Positions 43,469 through 54,670 are shown, counted from the first letter of the stretch. The stretch: DNA of 64,000 bases from Candidatus Peribacteria bacterium (GCA_943350395.1 CALRAD010000001.1:133812-197811); one strand, 5' to 3'. Program-made: numbers and translations. The notes: generated by a model not told the origin, from the letters alone.

Positions 43469-44650
43469 CTATTCAACTATCACCTGCCCTCCTCTGCTTG
43501 GAAGAAAATGATTGTGATACCCCCATGTTCCTCTCTTCCGGAACGTAAAGACGTACTCACCGTCTCTCGGAATCGAGAAACCCGAATCGAACCCTGCGTA
43601 ATCGGTATGGGTCGGATGCGGATTGCTTGAAACACGCAGATCGTCGATCACTGTATTCTTAAAGATCACTGTTTGTCCGGAGCCAATACGAACGACGGAG
43701 GGCGTAAAGCCGTTGACTGTATAAAGAACTGTTACTGCAGTCTGCACGCTGCTGCTTAAAGAACTGGATGATGAACGTGACGAAGAGGAAGAACGTGACG
43801 AGGAAGAAGAATTGAGGCACTGACGAATCAGCCAACCGCAGCGACCGTCTGGCAAACGCTCACAGGAGGGACCGCCGATACTTCCATCGGGGCACTGCCA
43901 ATTCGGCATGCCGGGCGCGACACCGCAATCCTGAAACGTGCAAATACCACTGGAATTTGAGCTATAACTTGACGTACTTCCTGAGCGGCTGCTGGAGCTG
44001 AACCTCGAGGAGCTACTGCTGCTGTTTCGATAGTGCGATCTCGCAATGACTGCAATCTTCACGGTTTCCGCACGATTGATGCTGTCATTCGGACGAAAGA
44101 AACCGTTCGGTTCACCGCTCGCATCGGTATCGCCTGAAACGATACCGTCTCGTTTGAGTGCCGCAATTTCAAAAGCAAAACGATTGGAAGCGGAGACATC
44201 CGAGAAGGCAGAAGTGAACGACGGTGAGATCGAGACACGAAATGCGTCGCTGAAGAGCGATGCAACTTCTGCCCGCGTTGCAGGACGATCGAGAGAGACA
44301 TTCTGATTCGGCGCAAGTGAAAAATGTTCACCAATGGCAATCGAAAGATAGCGCGCAGCCCAATGACCGTAGCCCTGACCGAGATTGACATCAAACTCCG
44401 CACTCTCGAGGGCGATCTTCAGTGCTTCCGCAAATGTCACAGGATTTTCGGGACCGAATTTTCCTGTGGAATTGCCATTGCTGTCTTTATAGCCGCTTGC
44501 GATACCGAGATCGACGGCCTCCTGCACGGATGAAGCGAACCAGGCATCTGCAGGAACATCTAAAAATAGGAAGCGAGGGCTCAAAGCATTGGCGATCAGC
44601 GGAACAGCGATCAACGCGGAAAGGATCATCGGTAGACGCAAAATCTTCAT
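43469..44650 (-). CDS. secreted SLH-domain protein with Ser-rich linkers and a C-terminal cupredoxin-like domain
   Basis: Signal peptide. SLH-like FLDVPADAWFASSVQEAVDLGIASGYKD and FSDVSASNRFAFEIAALKRDGIVSG. C-terminal FTPSVVRIGSGQTVIFKN..NPHPTHTDYAGFDS..GEYVFTFRKRGTWGYHNH. Confidence 0.75.
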   Translation of the reverse strand: MKILRLPMILSALIAVPLIANALSPRFLFLDVPADAWFASSVQEAVDLGIASGYKDSNGNSTGKFGPENPVTFAEALKIALESAEFDVNLGQGYGHWAARYLSIAIGEHFSLAPNQNVSLDRPATRAEVASLFSDAFRVSISPSFTSAFSDVSASNRFAFEIAALKRDGIVSGDTDASGEPNGFFRPNDSINRAETVKIAVIARSHYRNSSSSSSRFSSSSRSGSTSSYSSNSSGICTFQDCGVAPGMPNWQCPDGSIGGPSCERLPDGRCGWLIRQCLNSSSSSRSSSSSRSSSSSLSSSVQTAVTVLYTVNGFTPSVVRIGSGQTVIFKNTVIDDLRVSSNPHPTHTDYAGFDSGFSIPRDGEYVFTFRKRGTWGYHNHFLPSRGGQVIVE

Positions 44651-44693
44651 AGGAGGAGGGTGATGATGCTGGAGTCTACACCATTTCCAACAT

Positions 44694-44738
44694 CAGTGCG
44701 GCTTTCCAAGCCGCGTCGCAGCAAGGATGGCTGCGCTG
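44694..44738 (+). repeat. 45-nt double-hairpin repeat, family A copy 3
   Basis: CAGTGCGGCTTTCCAAGCCGCGTCGCAGCAAGGATGGCTGCGCTG. Confidence 0.85.
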
Positions 44739-44837
44739 GATCTACAAGACTTCGGATATGCCACACTGGACAAACCCCGCCCGTTGCTGTACCCTCCCTC
44801 GGCTATGGTTCAATACTAAACCATACGATTTTTTCCT

Positions 44838-47750
44838 ATGGATAAGATCAAAGTCAAAGGCGCGCGGATGCATAACCTCAAGAATATTGATGTGGAGATT
44901 CCGAGGAATTCTCTCACCGTCATCACCGGGCTTTCGGGCTCCGGAAAGTCCTCCCTCGCCTTCGACACGATTTTCGCTGAAGGTCAGAGACGTTACGCCG
45001 AATCACTGTCTGCGTATGCACGTCAGTTCATTTCGCAGATGGAGAAGCCGGAAGTCGACTCCATCGAAGGCCTGAGTCCCGCGATCTCGATTGACCAGAA
45101 AACTGCACCGAGAAACCCGCGATCGACCGTCGGCACCGTCACCGAAATCTACGACTATATGCGTCTCCTCTGGGCAAAAGTTGGACGAGTGCACTGCCCC
45201 ATTACAGGGAAGCCGCTCACCAAACAGTCCCCGAGCCAGATCGTCGACATGATCACGAAGATGCCGGACGGTCGGAAGATCATGCTCCTCTCTCCGCAGA
45301 TCATCGGTCGCAAAGGTTCACACCAAAAAATTCTGGATACGATCAAGCGCGAGGGTTTCGTGCGCATGCGCGTCGACGGTCAGATCGTCACCACCGACGA
45401 AGAACTCGTACTGGATCCGAAAGTTGCTCATGACATCGAGATCGTCGTCGATCGCATGATCATCAGGGATTTCGCACCCGTCAAAGAAAAACTGAGCGAC
45501 GGAACGGAAATCGAAACGCCGAACCCCAACCGCACGAGACTTGCAGACAGCGTCGAGCTTTCACTCAGAAAAGGAGAAGGATTGATCTCGGTGCTCGACA
45601 GCGATACCGGAGAAGTCATCAAATACTCGGACAAGTTCATCAATCCGGACTACCCAGATATGAGCATCCCCGAGATCGAACCCCGAAGCTTCAGTTTTAA
45701 CTCTCCGCATGGCGCATGCGACCACTGCCACGGCATCGGGAGCATCCTCCAAATCGATGTCGGAAGCATTGTCCCAAACCCCGAACTCACCGTAAACGAA
45801 GGTGCGATTCATCCCTGGGCAACCTCTGCAGGACGCATGAGTTTTATGGTCCAAACACTCGCCGCACTTGCGAAGAAGCACAATTTTTCGCTGGATGTGC
45901 CGTGGAAGAACATGACGCCCGAGGCGCAGAAAATCGTTCTCCACGGTCACCCTGATAAAGTCGACGTCGACTTCAGCTCCGAGAAGTTCGACGGGCACTA
46001 TCAAACCGCGTACGAAGGTGTGATCCCGAATCTCGAGCGCAGGCACAAAGAAACCGACAGCACCTACACTCGCTCCCAGATCGAAGCCTACATGTTCGAG
46101 CTCCCCTGCCCCAAGTGCGAAGGCAAGCGCCTCCGAAAAGAAATCCTCGGTGTCACCGTCGGCGGCAAGAATATTGTCGACGGTACAGAGATGAGCATTT
46201 CAACCGCAAGGAAGTTCTTCGAAGGACTCATTCCTTCTCCTTCGAAAGGAGAGGAGGGTAGGAAACTCACAACCTACGAATACACGATCGTGAAGAAAGT
46301 CATTGCCGAAATTGTCTCTCGTCTCACGTTCCTGGAGAACGTCGGCCTCAAGTACCTCACTCTCAACAGATCGGCTGCAACGCTCTCCGGCGGAGAAGCG
46401 CAGCGCATCCGACTCGCAACGCAAATCGGATCCGCTCTCGAAGGCGTTTTGTATGTGCTGGATGAACCAAGCATCGGACTGCATCAACGAGACAATACGA
46501 AACTGATCAACACGATGTTCAACCTGCGAGACATCGGCAACACGGTGATCGTCGTCGAACACGATCAGGAGACGATCGAGTCCGCGGACTATCTGCTCGA
46601 AATCGGACCGGGAGCGGGAAAACTCGGCGGTGAAGTGGTTGCGCAGGGAACGCCGAAAGAGCTCATCGCCAATCCGAAATCCGTCACCGGACAGTACCTG
46701 AGCGGCAAAAATAAAATTTCAGTTCCAAAGACACGCCGCAAAGGCAACGGAAAGTTCATCGAGATTCTTGGAGCAACGCATCACAATTTGCAGAACATCA
46801 ATGCACAGTTTCCTCTCGGCTGTCTCATCGGCATCACGGGAGTTTCTGGCTCTGGAAAATCGAGCTTGATTCACGGCATTCTTGCGCCGGAATTGCAGCG
46901 AACATTGAACAAAGCACACTCGAAAGGACAGAACTTTAAAGAGATCAAAGGACTCGGGCACTTGGATAAAGCGATCGTCATCGACCAGTCGGCAATTGGC
47001 AGAACCCCCAGAAGCAACCCTGCGACCTACACCGGCATCTTCACCGAAGTCCGAGATGTCTTTTCGATGACACCGGAGGCGAAAACCAGAGGGTACAAGC
47101 CGGGTCGATTCAGCTTTAACGTGTCGGGCGGTCGCTGCGAAGAATGCGAAGGCGACGGACTCAAGCGCATCGAAATGCATTTCCTCCCCGACGTCTATGT
47201 CACGTGCGAAACATGCAAAGGCAGACGCTACAACCGTGAAACACTCGAAGTCACCTACAAAGGAAAGAACATCGCCGACGCTCTCGAGATGACGATCACA
47301 GAATCGCTCGAATTCTTCTCGGCATTCCCGTCGATCAAGAACAAATTGCAGACCTTAAGCGACGTCGGACTCGGGTACATCCACCTCGGACAAAGTGCGA
47401 CCACACTTTCCGGTGGAGAAGCGCAGCGCATCAAGCTCGCGACGGAACTCACGAAACGTGCAACCGGCAAAACATTCTACATTCTCGATGAACCCACAAC
47501 CGGACTCCACTTCGACGACATTGCGCGACTGCTTGATGTGTTGCAACGCCTCGTCGAAAAAGGCAACACCGTGCTTGTGATCGAACACAACCTCGACGTC
47601 GTCAAATCCGTCGACCACGTCGTTGATATCGGTCCGGATGGCGGCGACGGCGGCGGAAGAATCATTGCAACGGGAACACCCGAAGAAGTTGCGCAGTCGA
47701 AAGAGAGCTATACGGGACAGTACTTAAAGAAAATGCTCAAGCCCGTCTAG
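44838..47750 (+). CDS. uvrA: excinuclease ABC subunit A
   Basis: [14 protein letters not shown], two ABC signature LSGGEAQR motifs, zinc-finger CxxC pairs, 970 aa. Confidence 0.97.
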   Translation: MDKIKVKGARMHNLKNIDVEIPRNSLTVITGLSGSGKSSLAFDTIFAEGQRRYAESLSAYARQFISQMEKPEVDSIEGLSPAISIDQKTAPRNPRSTVGTVTEIYDYMRLLWAKVGRVHCPITGKPLTKQSPSQIVDMITKMPDGRKIMLLSPQIIGRKGSHQKILDTIKREGFVRMRVDGQIVTTDEELVLDPKVAHDIEIVVDRMIIRDFAPVKEKLSDGTEIETPNPNRTRLADSVELSLRKGEGLISVLDSDTGEVIKYSDKFINPDYPDMSIPEIEPRSFSFNSPHGACDHCHGIGSILQIDVGSIVPNPELTVNEGAIHPWATSAGRMSFMVQTLAALAKKHNFSLDVPWKNMTPEAQKIVLHGHPDKVDVDFSSEKFDGHYQTAYEGVIPNLERRHKETDSTYTRSQIEAYMFELPCPKCEGKRLRKEILGVTVGGKNIVDGTEMSISTARKFFEGLIPSPSKGEEGRKLTTYEYTIVKKVIAEIVSRLTFLENVGLKYLTLNRSAATLSGGEAQRIRLATQIGSALEGVLYVLDEPSIGLHQRDNTKLINTMFNLRDIGNTVIVVEHDQETIESADYLLEIGPGAGKLGGEVVAQGTPKELIANPKSVTGQYLSGKNKISVPKTRRKGNGKFIEILGATHHNLQNINAQFPLGCLIGITGVSGSGKSSLIHGILAPELQRTLNKAHSKGQNFKEIKGLGHLDKAIVIDQSAIGRTPRSNPATYTGIFTEVRDVFSMTPEAKTRGYKPGRFSFNVSGGRCEECEGDGLKRIEMHFLPDVYVTCETCKGRRYNRETLEVTYKGKNIADALEMTITESLEFFSAFPSIKNKLQTLSDVGLGYIHLGQSATTLSGGEAQRIKLATELTKRATGKTFYILDEPTTGLHFDDIARLLDVLQRLVEKGNTVLVIEHNLDVVKSVDHVVDIGPDGGDGGGRIIATGTPEEVAQSKESYTGQYLKKMLKPV

Positions 47751-48268
47751 TTCACCGCAGGACACGACACATTCACATAGACAAACGCAAGGTTATTGGC
47801 CACATTCGGATCATTGGTTTGGCTATTCGAAGCGACGTTTGCCCTCGCAACCTTCACCTGATTGTTCGGAGTCAAAAGCGAGCATGCATCCTGCCGAAGT
47901 CTCACCCTGAATTCCCTGAACTTTGCGATCTGTCCGTCGACCCGGAAAAGATTGCAGACGAACGTACCATTGCGACCACGCACACAACCCGGTGATGTTG
48001 GAGAGAGGAATGAAATGGCGGCGACGATCGGTCGCACGACAACCGTGACACCGAATGCCGACTGACCGACAGATTCATTGAGATTGAACACGCGCACTTT
48101 CATCGAAGCGATTCCACCGGCTGTGTACGGAGTACCGACCGGTGCAGGAACGGGACGATCCGAAATTTCCAGATCCGCATCGGGTTTCACGGCGAGAGCA
48201 GAGCTTGTGAGTGCGACAAACATTGAGACACCGAAGACGCCTCTAAGCATCACGTTCTGTAATGACAT
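47747..48268 (-). CDS. secreted hypothetical protein, DUF11/CARDB-like beta domain
   Basis: Signal peptide after MSLQNV. The C-terminal ..NDPNVANNLAFVYVNV motif resembles DUF11 repeats. Confidence 0.5.
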   Translation of the reverse strand: MSLQNVMLRGVFGVSMFVALTSSALAVKPDADLEISDRPVPAPVGTPYTAGGIASMKVRVFNLNESVGQSAFGVTVVVRPIVAAISFLSPTSPGCVRGRNGTFVCNLFRVDGQIAKFREFRVRLRQDACSLLTPNNQVKVARANVASNSQTNDPNVANNLAFVYVNVSCPAVN

Positions 48269-48325
48269 GTGTGGATGGGGAAAGAACGATTCACAGTGTA
48301 TCACGATCGCGTATCATGAAGCCAT

Positions 48326-48838
48326 ATGAGAAGACATTTCACGGCGACTGCGTTCATTATCGATTCGAAAAAACGCACGCTGCTTCTTTGGCACAAGCGC
48401 CTGCAACGCTGGATGCCCCCAGGCGGTCATCTCGACGAGAACGAAACTCCTGAGGAGGCCGCGAAGCGCGAGTGCAAAGAAGAAACGAATCTCGACGTCG
48501 ACATTATCGGAGAGTCTCAAGTTGATTTATTTTCAGGAAATCCCACAGAAGGACGAATGCTGATCAAACCGATTGGCATGCTCCTAGAAGTTATCCCCGC
48601 CTGTCCCGATCGCAACGAACCTGCACATCAACATATGGACTTTCTCTTCATCGCAAAACCGCTGGATGAATCTCAAGTCGTTACGATCGCAGAACACGAG
48701 AGTGAGAAGATGCGCTGGTTCACGAGAGCAGAAGTCGAAATGCTCGATGAAGCGACAGAGATATTTTCGAATGTGAAAGCATATATTCTAAACGCAATTG
48801 TTCCCCTCTCCCAAGCCTCAGCGAGGGAGAGGGGTTAG
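48326..48838 (+). CDS. NUDIX hydrolase
   Basis: Nudix box GGHLDENETPEEAAKRECKEETNL. The last ~12 codons are encoded by a family C-type hairpin repeat (48803-48834). Confidence 0.88.
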   Translation: MRRHFTATAFIIDSKKRTLLLWHKRLQRWMPPGGHLDENETPEEAAKRECKEETNLDVDIIGESQVDLFSGNPTEGRMLIKPIGMLLEVIPACPDRNEPAHQHMDFLFIAKPLDESQVVTIAEHESEKMRWFTRAEVEMLDEATEIFSNVKAYILNAIVPLSQASARERG

Positions 48839-48894
48839 GGGTGAGGCGAAAATAGCTTCCACAAGCCATAGAAGAGGGTGTATACTGTCTCTCT

Positions 48895-51642
48895 ATGCAG
48901 TGGCAGGAATTCCGATCTCAGATCCGGCATCTCTCCGCACGGGACACAACGAGGGTGGAGCATGCATTCCAGCTAGGCAAGAAAATGCACGAGGGACAAA
49001 AGAGGCGTTCGGGTGAACCCTACTTCAGTCATCCCATTGCCGTCGCGCACATGCTGAGCGATCTCGGTGCCGACGCCGACACGATCATCGCGGCATTGCT
49101 GCACGACACCGTTGAGGACACGCCTCTCACACTCAAAGAAATAGAACACGCCTTCAGTCCGGACATCGCAGCACTCATCGACGGAGTGACCAAACTCAAC
49201 TCGGATGACGTTTCCATGAGTCCGAAACTCGACGAACAGATCGAGACGCTCCGCAAAATCTTCACGCTGATGGAACAGGATGTGCGCATCATGGTCATCA
49301 AACTCGTCGACCGACTCCATAACATGCAGACGGTGGAATTTTTGCCTGCTGAGAAGCAGCAACTGCTCGCGAAAGAAACGCTCGAGATCTACGTGAAGAT
49401 CGCAGACAAACTCTGCATGCAGGATCTCAGAGATGAGCTCGAAAGCCTCTGTCTCTCCGTACTCGAACCGGTGCCGCTTCGGAAACTGGTGGACGTTCGA
49501 ACCCAAAACGAACAGTTGGGAACGGTGCTCATCCAAGAAATGCGCTCGACCATACGACATCACGACAAGCTGCTGACATCGCGTACGGACATGCATTTCG
49601 AAAATAAAACATGGGGGCAACTTCGCGATCAAATGACGAAAGGATCGGCGGTCGCAACGGGTGTAGCATCGCTCACCGTCGCATTCGTGTGCGAGGACAT
49701 CGACAGTTGTTATCAGGTGCTTGGTGTTCTGCATCAACTCTGGAAACGTGAGGTTTTGTCTTTTCAGGACTTCATCAATGCGCCGCAACTCAACGGATAC
49801 CGAGGATTGCATACGACGATCATCGCGCAGGACGGCACGCGCGTTCGATGCAAAATACGCACTCGCATGATGCAGACATATGCTCGAAAAGGGATATCGA
49901 CGGTTTGCTTCCAGGGTACATCCGAATCGAGTGAGATTCTCCCGTGGACAAAGCGAATCACCTCGCTCACATCCGACACCGAAGGCAGCAGCAATGACTT
50001 CTGGGAAACGCTCAAGAACGACATCCTCGGAGAGTCGATCACCATTCACGGACCTGACGACACCACTGTACAACTCCCAACCGGTTCAACTGCACTCGAC
50101 GGAGCATTCTACCTCTTCCATGAAAACACACTGAAGACGCTGTCGATCAAAATGAACGGAGCCGAAGTACCGTTCGCCCAACCGATCACCAACGCGGCAT
50201 CGATCGACATCACCGTTTCGGATCGCATCACCTGCACGAGAGACTGGCTTAGACAGGTTCAGACCGGATTTGCAGCCGCTAAAATCCGTTCCACGCTCGC
50301 GGAACAAACGAGAGATCATAAACTTACCATTGGTCGAGAAATGCTGCAGATGACCTTCACCGAACGCAAGAAGGGCTTCATCGAAGAATTTGAAGAGACG
50401 ACCATGCAAACAAAAATTCAAAGTCTCGGTTACGCTTCCCTCGATGACATCTTCATTGCCATCGCGGACGGACGATTGGAACCCGCGGATATTTATTCCG
50501 CACTGTTCGAAAAGCAAGTGCAACGCCGTCAAAAAACACCGACGTTTATCATCCGATACGAGATCAACATGGATGATGTCGACATGATGGACCGCATGAA
50601 TCTCCTGCACAGAAAACACGGACCGATGCTCTCTGACATCCGTTATCAACGAGCGGCGAGCGGCAATGCATCGGTATCTCTTTCGGCACACATCGCTCCG
50701 CAGGATCTCGAAAAATTCCAACAAGAACTCTTGCTTGCGGGAGCAAAACGATTGACCTCGGTACGGCAGAGCAGAACCATTGCGATTCTCATTGTCACGA
50801 TCATCACCCTCTGGGGACTCGATCCCGTCTTTGCACACTTGCTCCTAGAGCACACGCCGATTACTCCGGTCGATCTCACGCTCATCCGCTTCGCCACATT
50901 CTTCATCGCATCGACAGCCACATTCGTTCTGCACCGGTCATTCTCGCAAATAAGAGCGAAAGGAATCGGACTCTGGAAGCCGTCTCTCATTCTGTCGGGA
51001 GCCTCCCTGTTTGCCACGGCAATTCTGTCCTATGTCGCGCTTCAGCACCTCTCGGCCGGACAATACATTCTCTTCATCATCGCAGGTTTGATCCTGATGG
51101 AAACCGTGCGCAGAGACACCGCAGATCGATCTTTTCTGCGTTCGCTCCTCTCTCTCCTCACTCTCTCCGGTGCTATCACCATCATGCTTGCGACGAAAGA
51201 AAGTCCCAATGTTGGCATCCTCGCTGCGATCGGCAGCGCTATCGGTTTCGCTCTCTACTCCCAGTGCAGTAGGCACTACCTAGAAACCGAAGCGCGAATC
51301 CATGCTCGCTATCCGGCGTTCGTACTCTGGCTTTCGATCATCGCGCTGCCCTTCTGCATCGCACTTCTGCCGCTTTCCTCGGACATACAGACTCTCGGAT
51401 GGAGCGTGATTCTCCAGAGCGTTCTCTTCGCCTTCGTCTTTACCTTCCTGCCGTACGTCCTCTACTTCGAATGCATGCGAAAAACGAACATCGATATTTT
51501 AAACCGCCTCCTGCCCTTCGTAAGCGTCGTTGCGATCGTGGGAGATCTCACGCTCAACCGCTCTGCTATTCCCCTGCCTGCAGCTGCCTGCGTCGGACTC
51601 TTCCTGCTGGTGTACAGAACAAAAGTCGCGACGCACGATTAG
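48895..51642 (+). CDS. long RelA/SpoT homologue (HD hydrolase, degenerate synthetase, TGS, ACT) fused to a C-terminal EamA/DMT-like membrane domain
   Basis: HD motif HPIAVAHML..LLHDTVEDT. Synthetase remnant NGYRGLHTTI, but ..VRCKIRT in place of E-x-Q-I-R-T. TGS ITIHGPDDTTVQLPTGSTALDGAF. About 9-10 TM helices from about residue 626 onward. Confidence 0.8.
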   Translation: MQWQEFRSQIRHLSARDTTRVEHAFQLGKKMHEGQKRRSGEPYFSHPIAVAHMLSDLGADADTIIAALLHDTVEDTPLTLKEIEHAFSPDIAALIDGVTKLNSDDVSMSPKLDEQIETLRKIFTLMEQDVRIMVIKLVDRLHNMQTVEFLPAEKQQLLAKETLEIYVKIADKLCMQDLRDELESLCLSVLEPVPLRKLVDVRTQNEQLGTVLIQEMRSTIRHHDKLLTSRTDMHFENKTWGQLRDQMTKGSAVATGVASLTVAFVCEDIDSCYQVLGVLHQLWKREVLSFQDFINAPQLNGYRGLHTTIIAQDGTRVRCKIRTRMMQTYARKGISTVCFQGTSESSEILPWTKRITSLTSDTEGSSNDFWETLKNDILGESITIHGPDDTTVQLPTGSTALDGAFYLFHENTLKTLSIKMNGAEVPFAQPITNAASIDITVSDRITCTRDWLRQVQTGFAAAKIRSTLAEQTRDHKLTIGREMLQMTFTERKKGFIEEFEETTMQTKIQSLGYASLDDIFIAIADGRLEPADIYSALFEKQVQRRQKTPTFIIRYEINMDDVDMMDRMNLLHRKHGPMLSDIRYQRAASGNASVSLSAHIAPQDLEKFQQELLLAGAKRLTSVRQSRTIAILIVTIITLWGLDPVFAHLLLEHTPITPVDLTLIRFATFFIASTATFVLHRSFSQIRAKGIGLWKPSLILSGASLFATAILSYVALQHLSAGQYILFIIAGLILMETVRRDTADRSFLRSLLSLLTLSGAITIMLATKESPNVGILAAIGSAIGFALYSQCSRHYLETEARIHARYPAFVLWLSIIALPFCIALLPLSSDIQTLGWSVILQSVLFAFVFTFLPYVLYFECMRKTNIDILNRLLPFVSVVAIVGDLTLNRSAIPLPAAACVGLFLLVYRTKVATHD

Positions 51643-52670
51643 ACGGTGAAGAGCGAGTTCAGAAAACGCACGTCTTTGCGAGGCTGGATCCCCGCGAGTT
51701 TCTGGGCAGTGATGTACCAGTCGACGAGCAGCGAGACCGGAGTGCCATCGGGCAAAGTGGCAGATACCTTTCGATTCGTCTGACGACCGAGCATGCAACC
51801 GGGTAAATTTGCACGAGTATGCAGGATGACGCTAGCAACATTCAGAAGACCGGGATCGAACTCTCTGCCTATCGGTTCACCCTGCTCGTTCTCGAGGCCC
51901 TTCACGCTCGCAATAGCGGCAATCGCATACTTCAGCTGATGCCTGCGAGTCGCATTCAAGAGTGAGATCTGATGCAGTGCGACGTCTTCCGTCGCCGATG
52001 CAAAGCCCATTTTCGGGGTCGTTGCACAGATGTCGGCAATTAATACGGCACAAGCGGGATCCGACAGAATCTCTTCAATGATCTTCTCGCCCTCGAGAAC
52101 GACGTCTTCATCGGCTATCGGCAACGGAAGATCACCAAGATCGATTTCTCGATCCGGCGGCACCCAAAAATGACCGTCTCCTCCGACAATCCTCTCGCCA
52201 GGCTGCCAATTCGTCTCGCTATTCACCGGTCTACCGCTGGTTTCCGCCATCACCCAACCACCTTCTTCCGACCAACGCGAATCAAGCCGATTCTCAATCC
52301 TCTGCTCGCCGACTCCCTTATAAGACATGAGAAATCCTCCTTGTCCTTGAATATCTTTGGTCAATTGGGCGATCTGATTGTCTGTACCGAAACGTATCGT
52401 TTCGATCACCCTCGCAGAGACATTCAGCAATTCATGTCTGGCATCGAAGTCGGAACCGCGTTTCGCATCGGCCACAAATTGCACTTCGATTTCATCCGCC
52501 GGAAAATGCACGCGCACGGCAGATCCAATTCGCTGCATCAGTCTCCTCTGGATTTTCTCTCTTTCACTGTCTTGTCGAAGCTGATCGGGCAAGGTTGGAT
52601 CTCGTACCGCGTCGAGAACCATCTGAGTAACTGATGATTTAGAGTGCTCAAGCATAAGGAGGAGAGGCAT
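51639..52670 (-). CDS. hypothetical protein (343 aa)
   Basis: A long ORF whose 3' end overlaps the convergent RSH gene by 4 nt. No motif recognised. Confidence 0.5.
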   Translation of the reverse strand: MPLLLMLEHSKSSVTQMVLDAVRDPTLPDQLRQDSEREKIQRRLMQRIGSAVRVHFPADEIEVQFVADAKRGSDFDARHELLNVSARVIETIRFGTDNQIAQLTKDIQGQGGFLMSYKGVGEQRIENRLDSRWSEEGGWVMAETSGRPVNSETNWQPGERIVGGDGHFWVPPDREIDLGDLPLPIADEDVVLEGEKIIEEILSDPACAVLIADICATTPKMGFASATEDVALHQISLLNATRRHQLKYAIAAIASVKGLENEQGEPIGREFDPGLLNVASVILHTRANLPGCMLGRQTNRKVSATLPDGTPVSLLVDWYITAQKLAGIQPRKDVRFLNSLFTV

Positions 52671-52756
52671 TCTAACATAAAAAAGACATCATTCAATGGT
52701 TTTGCAAGTATACCATAATTCCCATTGGGAACGACAGCAGAGTAAAGTTGAAGCCT

Positions 52757-53161
52757 CTAGAGCGACACTGCTGTATCCATCAAGGACGGTTCCAATTCGT
52801 CTACGATACTCTCGGCAATCGGACCCAATTCAACATCCTGCAGATCCCCTGCCCCCTCATCGACAATCGCAATCGCAGCTGATTGGACACTTTCATCACA
52901 ATGATCCAAACACTGTTCCACTCTTTTATGGGCTTCCTCAGCCGTTGTGTCTGGCGACTTCGACGAAATTCTCTTCAAGAGCGAAAGCCGGATACACGAA
53001 CGCAGTACACCTTTGACATTGTGAATCATTTCTCTCACAACTCTTCGAACTTCAACCTGCCAAGCATTGTTCGCTTCTACTGTCGAAGGCTGCTCCTTTG
53101 GCACGGAGCTAGGAGAGGTTTCCCGATGATCTAAGGCAGTGGACATAGAAGGACGTTTCAT
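52757..53161 (-). CDS. hypothetical acidic protein (134 aa)
   Basis: An ORF between the M20-like gene and the 343-aa ORF, on the same strand. No motif recognised. Confidence 0.4.
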   Translation of the reverse strand: MKRPSMSTALDHRETSPSSVPKEQPSTVEANNAWQVEVRRVVREMIHNVKGVLRSCIRLSLLKRISSKSPDTTAEEAHKRVEQCLDHCDESVQSAAIAIVDEGAGDLQDVELGPIAESIVDELEPSLMDTAVSL

Positions 53162-53203
53162 TGTAGAGATTTTCCGAAAAAAGGAAAGAAAATTGGCGGG
53201 ATT

Positions 53204-54670
53204 CTACACGGTTTTCCGCAGAAGGGAACGGAAACCGTCCTCATCCTGGATAAGCGCCTGAATAGCCCTCCGAACCTGCAAAATACTGCTTTTGGATACC
53301 CATTCGTCCGGATGGTGCGCATCGTCGCCATTGATCGGAATGGTGATGATTCCTTTTCCGGTATCTTGGAAAGAACTGACACCCGCTTCGCGCAGCATGC
53401 TCTGGGCATAATCGCACTCGTCTGCAACGGACGGTGCCCCCATAATCTCAGGTACAACTTCGGAAATGCGCTCGAGAACGGCACTCGCCATCAGGACTAA
53501 CTTATGATCGGGCGGCATTGCATAGGATTCATACGATGCAACACCGGCATCACGACCGAATGTGGAACTGATGCCGAACTCATCCCACCTCCCCGCCTTA
53601 CGTATTCCGCGCGTCCAACGATCAAAAATTCTGCTGTACTCGGCAATGGTGCTCGGCGAAACCATTTTGACCGCGAACGAAAAATTTGCCCTGTTTGTTG
53701 GAAAGTACCCTTCACGAGTCGACAGTGCGGCGTACGGACCAAGTTCAAAGCTCTCGGTGCCAAGTAGATCGTGCGATCGCTGTTGGGGCGGCTCGCTCTC
53801 CGCGGGTACAGGGGCTTGATAACCATGATGAAAACGATGCTTCAATTTGTTCAAAACTTCCATCATCGCATCTCCTGCATTCGGCAAATTATCCACAGCA
53901 CCATGTCCCTGCGCACGAGGATCTATGCGAATGTCTCCATGAAATTTGATTCTGCCTGAGCGTGCGGTAATGAGTCGCATGCGCGGGTCCTCATCAGGCA
54001 AAGGCGGAAGCGGGCCTATTTCAGACGAGACAACACAGTCGATATGAGGCCAAACGTGCCAGTGTTCCTTATCCGACAGAATCCTAGCACCGCGCGATTC
54101 GACTTCTTCATCAACGGTAAAAGCAAAATAAACCTTCATACCTTTTGGCACATTCACCTCTGCTGCAAGGGCAATATTATTGAGCGCTGCCGCACCCATG
54201 TCGTACACCCCGAGACCCGTGACGCGATCAGGATGCTGAAGATCCTGATTCAACTCCGTGCGTGCACCACTGCTGACGGTATCAATGTGTGCCGGAATCA
54301 TCACTCGATACAGAGAAGGGTCGATCTCGTCATCGTTTCCATCCCCTTTTTCCACAATCAGATTGAACCACTCCTTCACCTCTTCGGTGTCACCGTTTTT
54401 GATGATGACATCACGAATCTTAAGACGCTTGATGCGAATCTTCTGGATTTCCTGCAACGCCTCATTCAGAGCTGCACCGCTTAAGCCCCTCTCCTGTTTC
54501 AATTGCTGCTCAACCTTTCGAACGTGCCCTTCCCATCTGCTTCTGACCATTGCTTCCACCATCTCCATTTTTTTGATCTGACCCTCGACGGTGAAAGATT
54601 CCTGAGCCGTCAGATGAGAAAAGTCATCCAGATCCTGCGTCTCCAGCGTTGATGAATGCTCAAGGGGCAT
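53204..54670 (-). CDS. M20-family metallopeptidase/deacylase (ArgE/DapE-like) with N-terminal coiled-coil extension of about 110 aa
   Basis: IPAHIDTV, GVYDMGAA, FTVDEEVESRG and DDAHHPDEWV match the M20 metal ligand pattern. Confidence 0.7.
   Translation of the reverse strand: MPLEHSSTLETQDLDDFSHLTAQESFTVEGQIKKMEMVEAMVRSRWEGHVRKVEQQLKQERGLSGAALNEALQEIQKIRIKRLKIRDVIIKNGDTEEVKEWFNLIVEKGDGNDDEIDPSLYRVMIPAHIDTVSSGARTELNQDLQHPDRVTGLGVYDMGAAALNNIALAAEVNVPKGMKVYFAFTVDEEVESRGARILSDKEHWHVWPHIDCVVSSEIGPLPPLPDEDPRMRLITARSGRIKFHGDIRIDPRAQGHGAVDNLPNAGDAMMEVLNKLKHRFHHGYQAPVPAESEPPQQRSHDLLGTESFELGPYAALSTREGYFPTNRANFSFAVKMVSPSTIAEYSRIFDRWTRGIRKAGRWDEFGISSTFGRDAGVASYESYAMPPDHKLVLMASAVLERISEVVPEIMGAPSVADECDYAQSMLREAGVSSFQDTGKGIITIPINGDDAHHPDEWVSKSSILQVRRAIQALIQDEDGFRSLLRKTV

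Noticed and set aside
43740-44040. Serine-codon-rich DNA considered as a tandem repeat or VNTR
   Set aside because: It is low-complexity coding sequence for the Ser-rich linkers of the SLH protein, not a unit-length tandem repeat.
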